The notes beneath the pieces are model-generated. The model did not search any database. It had not been told where the DNA came from and saw only the letters and a list, made by a program, of their open reading frames with translations. A program made the position numbers and the translations under genes. Shown here piece after piece: positions 53,073-63,305 of a DNA stretch of 64,000 nt (position 1 is the first letter of the stretch; every line of letters begins with the position of its first letter). Origin of the DNA: Phaeovulum sp. (lineage in GTDB: Bacteria > Pseudomonadota > Alphaproteobacteria > Rhodobacterales > Rhodobacteraceae); assembly GCF_047638075.1 (NCBI RefSeq), contig NZ_JBLJBV010000041.1, positions 4,560 through 68,559 of the forward strand. The letters are read 5' to 3'.

Positions 53073-53410
53073 TGAGACTGAGAACGGTGGTGCGGAAGTG
53101 TGCCATACAAGTGACGTAATAGCCCGTGAATGGCTAGCCGAGGCCATTCGGGCGCAATGGTTCTATCGCGGTGTTTGTCAAAGGTGTTGTCCGGCGATTT
53201 CGGAGACGCTAGTTTCGTGTTCCGGGTTGAGCCAGACGGGTACGGCGGGTTGCTAGCTGCGGGTTTTGCCTGATGTCGCGTTGCGCTTAACTCTGAGACG
53301 CAGCGCGTTCAGCGTCGATTTTTACCTTTAACGATGAGATTCGGTAGTCCTTGGCAAGGCGTTTGGGCCAGTTGGTATTCCCTTTTACCTGATCCGTCTG
53401 GTCGCGGCGG

Positions 53411-53857
53411 TCACGGCTTGGGATCACCGTGCAACACCGCAAGCGCCGCGTGCAACCCTTCGGGAATGGCCAAGGGACGGCCCGTGGCGCGGCTGGTGTT
53501 GACGTGGATCAGATAGCCCACTGCAGCCGCCTGATCTTCATCCTCACGAAACATCGCCAGATCGTAGCGCACCGACGAGCGACCCAGATGCGCGACCCGC
53601 AACCCAAGGGTAACGCGGTCCGGGTAGCGGATTTCGGCCAGGTATCGGCAGCCGGTCTCAACGACGACAAAGCGGGTCGGGTCATCGGGCAACTGATCCG
53701 TGCCCAGATCCGCCAAGGTGCGGTTGACGATGGTATCGAAAAACTGGAAATGCACCGCGTTGTTCATATGACCAAAGGCATCGTTATCGATCCAGCGGGT
53801 CGACATTTCACGCAGGATACCAAAGCCCTGCCGCTGCTGGGGAATGCTGGCTACCAT
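53411..53857 (-). CDS. Acyl-CoA thioesterase (4HBT hotdog fold, YbgC-like)
   Basis: RWIDNDAFGHMNNAVHFQFFD carries the active-site D/H region. 148 aa. The start at MVASIP overlaps the Fe-ADH stop. Confidence 0.8.
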   Translation of the reverse strand: MVASIPQQRQGFGILREMSTRWIDNDAFGHMNNAVHFQFFDTIVNRTLADLGTDQLPDDPTRFVVVETGCRYLAEIRYPDRVTLGLRVAHLGRSSVRYDLAMFREDEDQAAAVGYLIHVNTSRATGRPLAIPEGLHAALAVLHGDPKP

Positions 53858-55020
53858 GCCGCTTGGTAAATGCCCAAGGCATCGTCCAGGGTCAGCGCGC
53901 GCGGATTGTTGACCAGTAGCCGGGTCTGCTTCATCGCATCTGCGGCCATTGCGGCAAGGGCATCTTGCCCGATCCCCACATCGCGCAACCGCTGCGGCAG
54001 CCCGCATCTGTGCGACAGCGCGGCAAGCGCGTCGGCAAAGACAAAGGCGGCATCGGGGGCCAAAGAGTCCATCCCCTCAAACAGGATCGGCGCGATCCTT
54101 GCATAGGCTTCGGGGTGCGTTGCGGCGTTGAAGCGTATCACATGCGGCAGCACCAGCGCGTTCGACAGGCCATGCGGCACCTTGAACATCCCGCCAATCG
54201 GATAGGCCAGCGCATGCACCGCCGCCACCGGCGAATTGGCAAACGCCTGCCCGGCCAGAAGCGAGCCAAGCAACATATCCGATCGCGCCTGAATGTTTGC
54301 GGGTTCGTGCACCGCCGTTTCCAGCGCGGCCCCCATCAGCCGCAGCGCCTCAAGCGCCAGCGCGCGCGACACCGGGTTATTGTTGGGGCTGGCCGAGCAA
54401 TAGGCCTCGATCGCGTGGACCATCGCGTCGATGCCGGTCGCAGCAGTTACCGGGGCCGGAAGGCCCAGCGTCAGATCCGGGTCCAGCACCGCGATATCAG
54501 GCAGCAGCACCGGGCTGACCACGCCGGATTTTTCCTGCCCGCCGGTGGTGACAATTGAAATGGGCGTCGCCTCGGACCCGGTTCCGGCGGTGGTTGGCAC
54601 CAGAACCAGCGGCAGGCGGCCACCACGCAGATTGCCAACCCCATAGCTGGCCCGCAGATCTGATCCGCCGGTTGCCAGCGCCGCACATAGCTTGGCGACA
54701 TCCAGCGACGATCCACCCCCCAGCCCCAAAACGCCCGTGGCGCCAAAGCTGCGCGTAGCCGCCTCGGCGGCAAGCACCAGTGCCTCGGTTGGGTCTGCCA
54801 TCACCTCTGCGAAAACCGCCGTAGCAACGCCCGCACGTTCAAGCGCGGCGCAGGCCCGTGCCGCCATACCGCAGCGCACGATGCCCGCGTCGGTCACGAC
54901 CATCACCCGCGGCCCCAGCGTCGCGGCGGCAACCTCGTCCAGCCGGTCCAGCAGGCCCGCGCCAAAGCGGATCGACGGGGTGGTGTTGAAGACAAAAGGT
55001 GTCACGTTGTTTCGCCCCAT
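53851..55020 (-). CDS. Iron-containing (group III) alcohol dehydrogenase
   Basis: GLGGGSSLDVAKL, VPTTAGTGSE, DAMVHAIEAY and PHGLSNALVLPHV are metal and NAD motifs. Confidence 0.9.
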   Translation of the reverse strand: MGRNNVTPFVFNTTPSIRFGAGLLDRLDEVAAATLGPRVMVVTDAGIVRCGMAARACAALERAGVATAVFAEVMADPTEALVLAAEAATRSFGATGVLGLGGGSSLDVAKLCAALATGGSDLRASYGVGNLRGGRLPLVLVPTTAGTGSEATPISIVTTGGQEKSGVVSPVLLPDIAVLDPDLTLGLPAPVTAATGIDAMVHAIEAYCSASPNNNPVSRALALEALRLMGAALETAVHEPANIQARSDMLLGSLLAGQAFANSPVAAVHALAYPIGGMFKVPHGLSNALVLPHVIRFNAATHPEAYARIAPILFEGMDSLAPDAAFVFADALAALSHRCGLPQRLRDVGIGQDALAAMAADAMKQTRLLVNNPRALTLDDALGIYQAAW

Positions 55021-55640
55021 TCTTCCTTGCCACCGGGTTTTGCGCCAATGCCGTCGAAAAGCGCCTCGAACTGGCGGGCGACGCGGTCGTCCAGCTCAGC
55101 CACGTCGATGCCCAGATCGCGCGCGAATATTTCACGAAACAGCGCATAGCCATAGACCGAGGCGGCATAGGCCGTGTGCAGCGCCGGCAGGTCGTCGATA
55201 TCGCCGACCAACCCCAGCGCCCGGTCACGCTCCAACTGCAACAGGGTGGTTTCGGCATTGGGCATCAGCCGCGGTGATTTTGACCCGTCCAGATGCAAAA
55301 GCGTCGTCAGTTGCAAGGACCGCTCGCCCACCAGCAAGGATCGCAGCGCATGAACGACCCGCGCGCCCAGCTTCATCGGCGTGGTGGGGGTGCGGGTCTG
55401 CACCTGTTTCTTGTCCAGTTCGCGCCTGATCGCTGACCGCAGCAAACCGCGCCGCGACCCGAAGTGATGATAGACAAGGCTGCGGTTGACCCCCGCAGCC
55501 TTGGCCACCTCATTCAGGTTGATCCCCGCCAACACGCCTTGTTCGGCAAGCAGTGCAAGAACGGCATCCTCAACCTTCTCGACGGTCTCGGCGGCGTCAG
55601 CGCGACCTGCTTTGTTGGGCTGGCGGGTGGAGGTATTCAT
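55002..55640 (-). CDS. TetR family transcriptional regulator
   Basis: INLNEVAKAAGVNRSLVYHHFGSRRGLL is the HTH. 212 aa. Confidence 0.85.
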   Translation of the reverse strand: MNTSTRQPNKAGRADAAETVEKVEDAVLALLAEQGVLAGINLNEVAKAAGVNRSLVYHHFGSRRGLLRSAIRRELDKKQVQTRTPTTPMKLGARVVHALRSLLVGERSLQLTTLLHLDGSKSPRLMPNAETTLLQLERDRALGLVGDIDDLPALHTAYAASVYGYALFREIFARDLGIDVAELDDRVARQFEALFDGIGAKPGGKEEWGETT

Positions 55641-55664
55641 GCTGTTTGGCTTTCCTTGGGTGGA

Positions 55665-56423
55665 TCAAAGACCCTTGAATTTCTCACGAACGTTTACACC
55701 ACGCAACGGGCCCAGCAAAAGGGCGCCGTCAAGATCCTCGATGTTGCCAAAGGACGCACGCGCCGCAATCGCGCGGAACTGGCGTTTGGTCAGGAACAGC
55801 GCCTCGGGGTCAATCGTCAAAAGCTGCGCAACCCGTGCGGCCACCGCCCCGGCCAGATCGTCAGCCGGGAACGCCGCAGCGCATAGCCCCGCCTGCACCG
55901 ATTGGGCGCCCGACAGCTCTTCGAACTCGGCCAGCATTGCCCAGGCGCGGGTGGTGCCGACCAGTTCAATCAGCCGATAAAGCGCGCCCCACCCCAGCGG
56001 CAGCGCCAGCTTCAGTTCGGGCAGCGACAGTTTCGCATCCTCGGCCACAAAGCGCATGTCGCAGCACATACCCATGACCAGCCCACCACCAACCACATGG
56101 CCATGAAGCTGCGCAATGGTCAGCGCGTTGGTCCCCATCAGCGCACGTTTCAGGGCAATGCCCACCTCGATCGCGTGTTGGGCAAGCCCTTCGTCTTTCT
56201 CGGCGCTGCTGAAGCCGGGGTATTTCTTCCGGTCAGCGCCCGCGCAGAAAGACCGCCCTTCGCCGCGCAGCACAATGATCCGCGCGCCTTTGGCATCGGC
56301 CGCCTGGAAGGCGGCGGCGACCTCGGTCAGGGCCTCGTAGGTCATGGCGTTCAGGGCTTCGGGGCGGTTCAGGCTAACGGTGGCAACGGTGCCTTCGGTG
56401 TTCCAGCTCAGATCAATGCTCAT
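55665..56423 (-). CDS. Enoyl-CoA hydratase/isomerase (crotonase) family protein
   Basis: VATVSLNRPEALNAM, FCAGAD and HGHVVGGGLVMGMCCDMRF. Confidence 0.85.
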   Translation of the reverse strand: MSIDLSWNTEGTVATVSLNRPEALNAMTYEALTEVAAAFQAADAKGARIIVLRGEGRSFCAGADRKKYPGFSSAEKDEGLAQHAIEVGIALKRALMGTNALTIAQLHGHVVGGGLVMGMCCDMRFVAEDAKLSLPELKLALPLGWGALYRLIELVGTTRAWAMLAEFEELSGAQSVQAGLCAAAFPADDLAGAVAARVAQLLTIDPEALFLTKRQFRAIAARASFGNIEDLDGALLLGPLRGVNVREKFKGL

Positions 56424-57220
56424 GTCGCGCTCCAGTTCGGTTTGCGTTTTTCGGTGAAGGCCAGGGCGGCCTCTGTGCCGTCTTTGGTGGCGACCATGGC
56501 GCTGTGGCGCGCGGCTTCGCGGTCAAGCGCCTCGGCAAAGCCGATCTCATCAGCATCATTCAGGTTGCGCTTGATCAGCGGCAGCGCCAGCGGCGCGGCG
56601 GCGGCAAGGTCGCGGGCAATCCCGATCACGACGGGCAGCAGGTTCTCGGCCTCTTCAATCCCCGAGATCAGGCCAATCTCCAGCGCCTGCGCGGCATCAA
56701 TGGGTTGCGAGCGCAGATAAAGTTCGCGCGCACGCCCTGCCCCAACGATGCGCGGCAAAAGCCAGGTGCCGCCGAAATCGCCCGAAAGGGCGGCGTTGCG
56801 GAACGCGGTGGCAAAGCGCGCGTGTTTTGCCGCATAGCGCAGGTCCGTGGCACAGGCCCAGGAAAACCCCGCCCCTGCACAGGCACCATTGATCGCGGAA
56901 ATGGTGATCTTTGGCATATCGCGCAGCAGTTGCGAGGTGCGCATGTAGGTGCGCAGCCGCCGCGTCTGCGAGGCAAGCGGCCCGTCACCCGCCACAGCCC
57001 CCCCCGGCCCGCGCTTCAGATCACCCCCCGCGCAAAAGGCGCGGCCCGCGCCGGTCACGATCAGCACGCGGATCGCATCATCATTGGCGACGGCTTCCAG
57101 CGTGGACAGTACCTCCTCCAGAAAGTCGGGGGTCATGGTGTTCATCGCGTCGGGCCGGTTCAGCACCAGCTGCGCCACGCCATCTTCAACGGTTGTCAGC
57201 AGGCAATTCGGATCGCTCAT
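56420..57220 (-). CDS. Enoyl-CoA hydratase/isomerase (crotonase) family protein
   Basis: VAQLVLNRPDAMNTM, FCAGGD and NGACAGAGFSWACATDLRY. The start is ATG at 57220 (AAGGAG 8 nt upstream) or at 57226. Confidence 0.85.
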   Translation of the reverse strand: MSDPNCLLTTVEDGVAQLVLNRPDAMNTMTPDFLEEVLSTLEAVANDDAIRVLIVTGAGRAFCAGGDLKRGPGGAVAGDGPLASQTRRLRTYMRTSQLLRDMPKITISAINGACAGAGFSWACATDLRYAAKHARFATAFRNAALSGDFGGTWLLPRIVGAGRARELYLRSQPIDAAQALEIGLISGIEEAENLLPVVIGIARDLAAAAPLALPLIKRNLNDADEIGFAEALDREAARHSAMVATKDGTEAALAFTEKRKPNWSAT

Positions 57221-57233
57221 GGTCATTGCTCCT

Positions 57234-58625
57234 TCATTTCTGGATGGATACGGGGCGCTGGAATTCGCGGATGCCAAACAGCCCCATTTCGCGGCTGCTG
57301 CCCGAATGGCCAAAACCGCCAAAGGGTGCACGCGGGTTGAAGGCGCCGCCGTTGATGTCAATTTGACCAGCCTTCAGCCGCGCGGCGATTGCATCCACAC
57401 GGGCCTCATCGGCGCCCCAAAGTGCGGCGGCAATGCCGTAATCAGTGCCGTTGGCAAGGCGGATCAGGTCATCGTCATCGGTGTACCCCTGCACAACCAG
57501 CACCGGGCCAAAGACCTCGGACTGGACCAGTTCGGCACCGGGGTCGGCTGCCAGAAACACCGTCGGCTTGGTATAATAGCCCGTGTCCATCCCCTCGGGG
57601 CGACCGGGGCCACCCGTCAGGCAGGTCAGGCTTTGGTCATCCATCCCGCGCGCGATGAAACCCTGCACCCGGTCATACTGCGCCTGCGAAATCAGCGGCC
57701 CAAGCCGCGACACCATCCGCGCTGCCAGATCGGCAACCGTCTGCGCCGCCTCTTGCAGACGGTTGGCAGGCACCATAATACGGGTTAGCGCGTTGCAGGT
57801 CTGGCCGGTGTTCAACAGGCCGCCGTTGACGATGATTTTCAGCGCGCGTTCAAAGTCGGCGTCGTCCAGCACGATACCGGCCGATTTGCCGCCCAGTTCC
57901 AGAAAACAGGGCTTGTGCGCGCGGGCGGCGGCCTCGGCCACCGCGCGGCCCCCGTTGACGGACCCGGTAAAGGACACCGCATCAATGCCCGGATGTGCCA
58001 CCAGTGCCGCGCCCGTGGTCGCATCGCCCGGCACCACATTGACCAGCCCCGCAGGCAGTGCCGCGGCCAGAATTTCCATCATCACTGCATTGGTTTGCGG
58101 CACCAGATCGCTGGGTTTCAGCACGACGGTACAGCCCGCCGCCAGTGCGGCCCCCACCTTGGCCATGGCCTGATGCAGCGGATAGTTCCACGGCGTAATC
58201 GCCGCGACCACCCCCAGGGGCCGATGCGTGACGGTGGAATGGCCGATGGTTTCAGACGCCATCGCCTGTTCCACATCTTCGGCGAAACCGCGCAGCACCC
58301 GCACAGGAAGGCCCGCCTGCACCGCAACAGAAATCTTTTCAGGCGTGCCGACTTCGGCGGTGATTGCGGCGGCAATATCGGCGGCGCGGGCCTCGATCGC
58401 GGCGGCAAGATCGTTCAGGGCCTTTCGTCGCTGGTCCAGCGTGCTGTGCTGCCATGCGCTCAGCGCCTGACGCGCCGCCGCAACCGCTGCGTCAATATCG
58501 GCGGGTTCGCAATGAACCGTCTCGCGGTCGATCTGGCCGGTGAAGGGGCTGGACAGGCTTTCGGTGCGGGTACCCGACACTTTGGTGATCTTGCCGTTCA
58601 CTAGCAGTCCGTCATGACGTTTCAT
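57234..58625 (-). CDS. NAD(P)-dependent aldehyde dehydrogenase
   Basis: FTGSVNGG, ELGGKSAGIVL, the catalytic NTGQTCNALTR, and GGFGHSGSSRE. Confidence 0.9.
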   Translation of the reverse strand: MKRHDGLLVNGKITKVSGTRTESLSSPFTGQIDRETVHCEPADIDAAVAAARQALSAWQHSTLDQRRKALNDLAAAIEARAADIAAAITAEVGTPEKISVAVQAGLPVRVLRGFAEDVEQAMASETIGHSTVTHRPLGVVAAITPWNYPLHQAMAKVGAALAAGCTVVLKPSDLVPQTNAVMMEILAAALPAGLVNVVPGDATTGAALVAHPGIDAVSFTGSVNGGRAVAEAAARAHKPCFLELGGKSAGIVLDDADFERALKIIVNGGLLNTGQTCNALTRIMVPANRLQEAAQTVADLAARMVSRLGPLISQAQYDRVQGFIARGMDDQSLTCLTGGPGRPEGMDTGYYTKPTVFLAADPGAELVQSEVFGPVLVVQGYTDDDDLIRLANGTDYGIAAALWGADEARVDAIAARLKAGQIDINGGAFNPRAPFGGFGHSGSSREMGLFGIREFQRPVSIQK

Positions 58626-60073
58626 CTGGCATTCCTTTCGGTTGTTCGGATCTTGCGCCGCCGCTGATCCTCAAGGACCAGATCGACGGCATCGCGCCAT
58701 AGGGCGCAGTCAGCAGGTTGCGTATCTTGCGGCGGCACCAGCAGTGCCGGGGCGGCAAGGGGAAGATCATGGCCAAGAGCTCGGTACGCCAGACGGGCGG
58801 CGCCTTGGGTCGTGGCCTCGGCCCCGGCTGCGCGTGACAGGGGGCGTTTCAGCGTGGCGGCCAGAATGGCGGTAAAGGCATGGCTGTTGGTCAGCCCGCC
58901 ATCAAGGCTGATCGCGGTCAGTGGCACACCGCCCGCGCGTTCCAGCCGGTCGATGATATCGGCGGTGCCGGCAATGATCCCGTCCAGCGTCGCGCGCACC
59001 AGATCGCCGGGGCCAGTCGCGCCCGACAGGCCGAAGAACGCACCGCGCGCGTGGGGCTGCCAATGCGGCACGCCCAGCCCGTCAAGCGCCGCGACATAGG
59101 TTACCCCGCTCAGCTGCGCCGGATCAACCAGCCGGTCGATCGCGCCCGCCTCGGGCAAAACCCCCAGCCGGATCAGCCATTCAACCGAGCTTCCGGCGGA
59201 CATCACCGCCGCTTCGGCACCATACATCACACCATCATTGGTGCTAAGCGCAATGTTGCCAAAGGCGTCGCGTGAATGCTGTGCAAGCGGTGCCGCGCCC
59301 AAAACCACATTCGCCACCCCCGAGGTGCCAAAGGTGATCTTTGCCGTTCCGGGCGCATCGCACCCCTGCCCCACCAACGATGCCTGCTGATCACCGATCA
59401 GCGCCAGAATGGGCGGACTGCCGGGAAGGGCTGTGGCGTTGGCACCCGTGTCGGTGCAAGGCACCGGACGTGCCAACAGCGCAGGCGCAATATCCAGCGC
59501 CTTGGCAAGGTCGTGGTCCCAATCCAGCGCGCCAATGTCAAACAGCCCCGAATGTGAGGCGTTGGTGTGGTCCGTCACATGCGCGCCACCCTCGGACAGG
59601 ATCCAGACCAGCCATGTATCCAGCGTTCCGGCACGCAGTTGACCCGCCCGCGATCGGGTGCGGTCCGGGTCGCATTGGTCCAGCAGCCAGCGCCATTTGC
59701 TGGCCGAAAGACCGGGCAGAAACGCCACCCCTTGGGCGCGCAAGGCACGGTCAAGGTCGCGGGTACGGCCATCGGACCAGCTAAGGACCGGGCCTTGCAC
59801 GGCGCCGGTCGCTGCATCCCAAAGCAGGGCCGTGGTGCGCTGATTGGCAATCGCAATGCCTGGCGGTTGCCAATCAGCGGCCAATGTGCGGGCCTCGTGC
59901 AGCAAAAGGGCTGCAAGCGCATCGCCATCCCATGACAGGCCCTGCGCATCGCGCCGTTCGGGCAGAGCCGCCCGGCGCAGGGCGCGCACCGCGCCTGTGC
60001 TGTCCACGATGGAACAGCGCAGGCTGGTGGTTCCCAGATCAATCACAAGAATGGGCGCGCGCTGCTGGCTCAT
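58622..60073 (-). CDS. FGGY-family carbohydrate kinase (glycerol/xylulose kinase-like)
   Basis: ILVIDLGTTSLRCSIVD, NQRTTALLWD and GDQQASLVGQG. ATGA overlap with the upstream oxidase stop (60070-60073). Confidence 0.8.
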   Translation of the reverse strand: MSQQRAPILVIDLGTTSLRCSIVDSTGAVRALRRAALPERRDAQGLSWDGDALAALLLHEARTLAADWQPPGIAIANQRTTALLWDAATGAVQGPVLSWSDGRTRDLDRALRAQGVAFLPGLSASKWRWLLDQCDPDRTRSRAGQLRAGTLDTWLVWILSEGGAHVTDHTNASHSGLFDIGALDWDHDLAKALDIAPALLARPVPCTDTGANATALPGSPPILALIGDQQASLVGQGCDAPGTAKITFGTSGVANVVLGAAPLAQHSRDAFGNIALSTNDGVMYGAEAAVMSAGSSVEWLIRLGVLPEAGAIDRLVDPAQLSGVTYVAALDGLGVPHWQPHARGAFFGLSGATGPGDLVRATLDGIIAGTADIIDRLERAGGVPLTAISLDGGLTNSHAFTAILAATLKRPLSRAAGAEATTQGAARLAYRALGHDLPLAAPALLVPPQDTQPADCALWRDAVDLVLEDQRRRKIRTTERNAR

Positions 60074-61617
60074 TTCGGCATCGGCGCCTTGTCTTGCCAT
60101 TCAGGCGTGGGCCCGAACGGGCTGGCCAGCCCCATCTTGCCGGGGTTCAGGATGCCCTTGGGGTCAAGGCTGCGCTTGACCTCGGCCAGCAGGTCCAGCC
60201 CGCTGCCCAACGCCTCTTGCATGAAGCGCGCCCGGCCCAAACCGATGCCGTGGTGGTGGCTAAGGTTGCCGCCGCCTGCCAAAACGGTGCGCGCGCCTGC
60301 ATTCCAGACCTCGCGGTACCAGCGCGGACGATCCTCCAGTTCCGGGCGACCGCCGAACATGAAGTAAAGCCCCGCCCCACCCGGATAGGCATGCGAGATA
60401 TGCGCCGTCGCCGTGCGGGTGCCCGGAACCGCCATCATCGCGGCGGTGGTATCGTGATAGATCTTCGCCAACTGCGACCACGGGGCGGTGATCTCCATCG
60501 TGTCAGGCGCGCGATCGACGATCAATTCGTCCAGCGCGTGAACGTTGTTGCGGGTGGACAGCCAACGGTTCACCAGATCGGCCCCCAGCGCCTCGCCGTC
60601 ACATTCGGCGCGCACCACACGCATGATCCCCCCAACGATATCGGCCTCGCCCTCATCATGGATCAGCAGGACATGTTTGTCCTTGGTGCCAAAGTTGCGC
60701 CGCGACTCGGTCGCGTCGTAAAGGCGCACGACCGCAGGACGCGCCCCGCGGTGCGAGAACCGCTTGATCGCATTAACGCCCGCGTCAAAGCTGTCAAACG
60801 CCCAGGCCTCGCTTTCGCTATGGGGGGCAATTTTGTGGATGTTGAGCCGGGCTGACACGATCACCCCCAGCGTGCCCTCGGACCCGACGAAAAGCTGCGT
60901 CATGTCCGGGCCGGTGGCCGAGTGCGAATATTCGCTGGTTTCAATCACCCGGCCATCGGCCAGAACGGCGGTCACGCCGCGGGTGATGTCAGCCATGGTG
61001 CCGTAGCGCGTGGACATCTGGCCCGCACCGGAACAGGCAATCCAGCCGCCGATGGTCGACAGCGCGATGGACTGCGGCCAGTGGCCCGCCGTATGGCCGT
61101 GTTCCTGCAACGCCGCCTCGAACGTGTCGCCAAAGGTGCCGGCCAGAACGTCCACGGTCAGGTCATCGGCGCGCAGATCGGTGATGCCCGACAGTTTGGT
61201 CAGATCCAGCACGACCCCGCCAAAGACCGGCAGCGAATTGCCCAGCACGCCGCTGCGCCCACCGGCGGCGGTTACCGGAATACCCGCCTCATTGGCCAGC
61301 CGCAGCACCGCTGCAACCTCTTCGGTCGAGCCGGGCCGGACCACCGCAGCTGGTAGCCGCGCGACGCGCCCGCTCATTGCCCAGACCATTCCGAGGGGCC
61401 ACCAGTCGCGGCCCCACTCCAGCCGGTCGCCATCATCGGTCGACACGTCGGGGCACACCGCTTCCAGTTTGCGCATGAAGGCATCGCTGACCGTCACAGC
61501 CTTGCCGCCAAGCGTTTCCTGAACCTTGGCACCGACCAGGCCCACGGCACCGGGAATAGGCGTCGGCGCACGGGCGGGAATGGCTATCGGAGTATGGGAC
61601 ATGTTGTTTCCTCTCAT
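60070..61617 (-). CDS. FAD-linked oxidase (FAD_binding_4 + FAD-oxidase_C; GlcD / alkyl-DHAP-synthase-like)
   Basis: VVRPGSTEEVAAVLRLANEAGIPVTAAGGRSG and VLAGTFGDTFEAAL, then SHHHGIGLGRA at the C-terminus. ATGA overlap with the glpD stop. Confidence 0.8.
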   Translation of the reverse strand: MRGNNMSHTPIAIPARAPTPIPGAVGLVGAKVQETLGGKAVTVSDAFMRKLEAVCPDVSTDDGDRLEWGRDWWPLGMVWAMSGRVARLPAAVVRPGSTEEVAAVLRLANEAGIPVTAAGGRSGVLGNSLPVFGGVVLDLTKLSGITDLRADDLTVDVLAGTFGDTFEAALQEHGHTAGHWPQSIALSTIGGWIACSGAGQMSTRYGTMADITRGVTAVLADGRVIETSEYSHSATGPDMTQLFVGSEGTLGVIVSARLNIHKIAPHSESEAWAFDSFDAGVNAIKRFSHRGARPAVVRLYDATESRRNFGTKDKHVLLIHDEGEADIVGGIMRVVRAECDGEALGADLVNRWLSTRNNVHALDELIVDRAPDTMEITAPWSQLAKIYHDTTAAMMAVPGTRTATAHISHAYPGGAGLYFMFGGRPELEDRPRWYREVWNAGARTVLAGGGNLSHHHGIGLGRARFMQEALGSGLDLLAEVKRSLDPKGILNPGKMGLASPFGPTPEWQDKAPMPK

Positions 61618-63305
61618 GAGCGGTCTTGCGCCCGGGTTGGGATGTCATGGGCAAGCACGCCCAATTCTCGGCGAAGGGTTGATTTCAGGGTTGCGGTCTC
61701 GGCGGTGATGCGGGCGGCGGGCCACCCTGCCAAAGCGCCAACCGTCGCGCCGATCCGGTCGGCGTCAGCCAGCACCGCGCGGCCATCGTAAAGCGCGATC
61801 CGGGTGCGGCGCAGCAGCGCGTCAGACAGGGAGGTCGCCATTTCGGCGTGCAGGCCCCAGACCGCCTCGGCGACGGTGGTTTCGCCCATCGCGGTCAGGG
61901 TCTGGTCCATGCCCGGCGCCAGCGACGCAAGCTGGCGGACCTGCACGGCACGGTCGCCATAGCGTTTGCCCAGCCGGTCGCCATCTTGCAAATGGCTGGC
62001 ACCGGTGCTGTAGCCATGCAGCTTCAGGTTCCGGGTGCGGCAGCGGGCAGGCTTTCCCAGCGCGTTGCACACCGCATCCACCGTGCCTTCGGCCATTTCG
62101 CGGTAGGTTGTCAGCTTGCCACCCGTTACGGTGACAAGACCCTCAGCCTCAAGCGAGATGCTGTGTTTGCGTGACAGATCCGCGCTGCGGGCGCCTTTGC
62201 CCCCGGCAATCAGCGGCCGGAACCCGGCCCAACCGCCGGTAATGTCTTCGGGGGTGATCGGGCGTTTCAGGTGCCGGTTCACCCCGTCAAGGATATAGCC
62301 GACATCGGCTTCGGTGATTGTCGGCTGATCGACATCCGCGGGGTCTGTCGTCTCGGTCGAGCCGATATAGGCAAACGGTCCCTCATCCACCACCGAAACC
62401 GTGCGCCGGTCGCTGGCCACCGGCAGGCTGACGGCAATATCGTTGCCGGTCAGTGCGCGCGGCACAACGATATGGGTGCCTTTCGCGGGGGCCAGTTTGC
62501 GGTCACTGGCAATGCCCGCAACGCCCAGAAACTCTTGCGCCCAGATCCCGGTCGCATTGACGATCATCCGCGCCCGGACCTCGATCTGATTGCCGTCAAC
62601 CTCGATCCGTGCGGTGCGCCCGCCCTTGGCAAAGTCTGACACACCAACACAGCGCGCATGGTTCAGCACCGCCGCGCCCTTGGTCGCCGCCGTGGCCAGC
62701 ACCGCCAGAGTCAGCCGCGCATCATCGGCCCGCAGGTCGTGAAACAGATAGCCCGCGCCGATCCGGTCCATATCAAGCCCGGTCATATGCGCGCCAACCG
62801 CATCATGGCTAAGCCTGCGGTGGCGCCGGCCCAGACGCCAGGCGCCCGCGAACTGATAGCTCCACAAGGCACCGCCAAGCGCGCGCGACAGTTTCGGGTT
62901 GATCACGCCGCCCTTCAGGAACAGCGGAATCATGAAGGGCATCACCCGCACCAGATGCGGCGCATTACGTTGCAGCGCGTGGCGTTCGCGCAGGGATTCC
63001 CGCACCAGCGCCACATCGCCGGTTTGCAGATAACGAAAGCCGCCATGGATCATCTTTGACGACCGCGACGACGTGCCCGAGGCAAAATCGCCCTTGTCAA
63101 TCAGTGCCACGCTAAGTCCGCGCGCCACCGCATCAAGCGCGACACCCGCCCCGGTAATGCCACCGCCAATCACCAGCACATCGAATTCGGCCGCCGCCAT
63201 ACGGTCGCGCTGTGCGGTGCGGTGCGCCAGCGGTTCTGACGCGGCCATCTGGGAAATGCGCGCCAGGATGGCGTTATCCGCCGGATGGGGCGCGGTCAGG
63301 GTCAT
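61614..63305 (-). CDS. glpD: FAD-dependent glycerol-3-phosphate dehydrogenase family protein
   Basis: [53 protein letters not shown] is the GlpD signature. 563 aa with the DAO_C-like C-terminal domain. Confidence 0.85.
   Translation of the reverse strand: MTLTAPHPADNAILARISQMAASEPLAHRTAQRDRMAAAEFDVLVIGGGITGAGVALDAVARGLSVALIDKGDFASGTSSRSSKMIHGGFRYLQTGDVALVRESLRERHALQRNAPHLVRVMPFMIPLFLKGGVINPKLSRALGGALWSYQFAGAWRLGRRHRRLSHDAVGAHMTGLDMDRIGAGYLFHDLRADDARLTLAVLATAATKGAAVLNHARCVGVSDFAKGGRTARIEVDGNQIEVRARMIVNATGIWAQEFLGVAGIASDRKLAPAKGTHIVVPRALTGNDIAVSLPVASDRRTVSVVDEGPFAYIGSTETTDPADVDQPTITEADVGYILDGVNRHLKRPITPEDITGGWAGFRPLIAGGKGARSADLSRKHSISLEAEGLVTVTGGKLTTYREMAEGTVDAVCNALGKPARCRTRNLKLHGYSTGASHLQDGDRLGKRYGDRAVQVRQLASLAPGMDQTLTAMGETTVAEAVWGLHAEMATSLSDALLRRTRIALYDGRAVLADADRIGATVGALAGWPAARITAETATLKSTLRRELGVLAHDIPTRAQDRS

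Noticed and set aside
53076-53410. Possible missing half of the Mu/TniA-type transposase, or a tRNA target, right of IS5 copy 2
   Set aside because: My translations of both strands show no rve/DDE-like sequence and no tRNA-like T-arm. A 9-bp repeat CTCTGAGAC (about 53070 and about 53292) is too far apart to be a target-site duplication. The segment is left unassigned.
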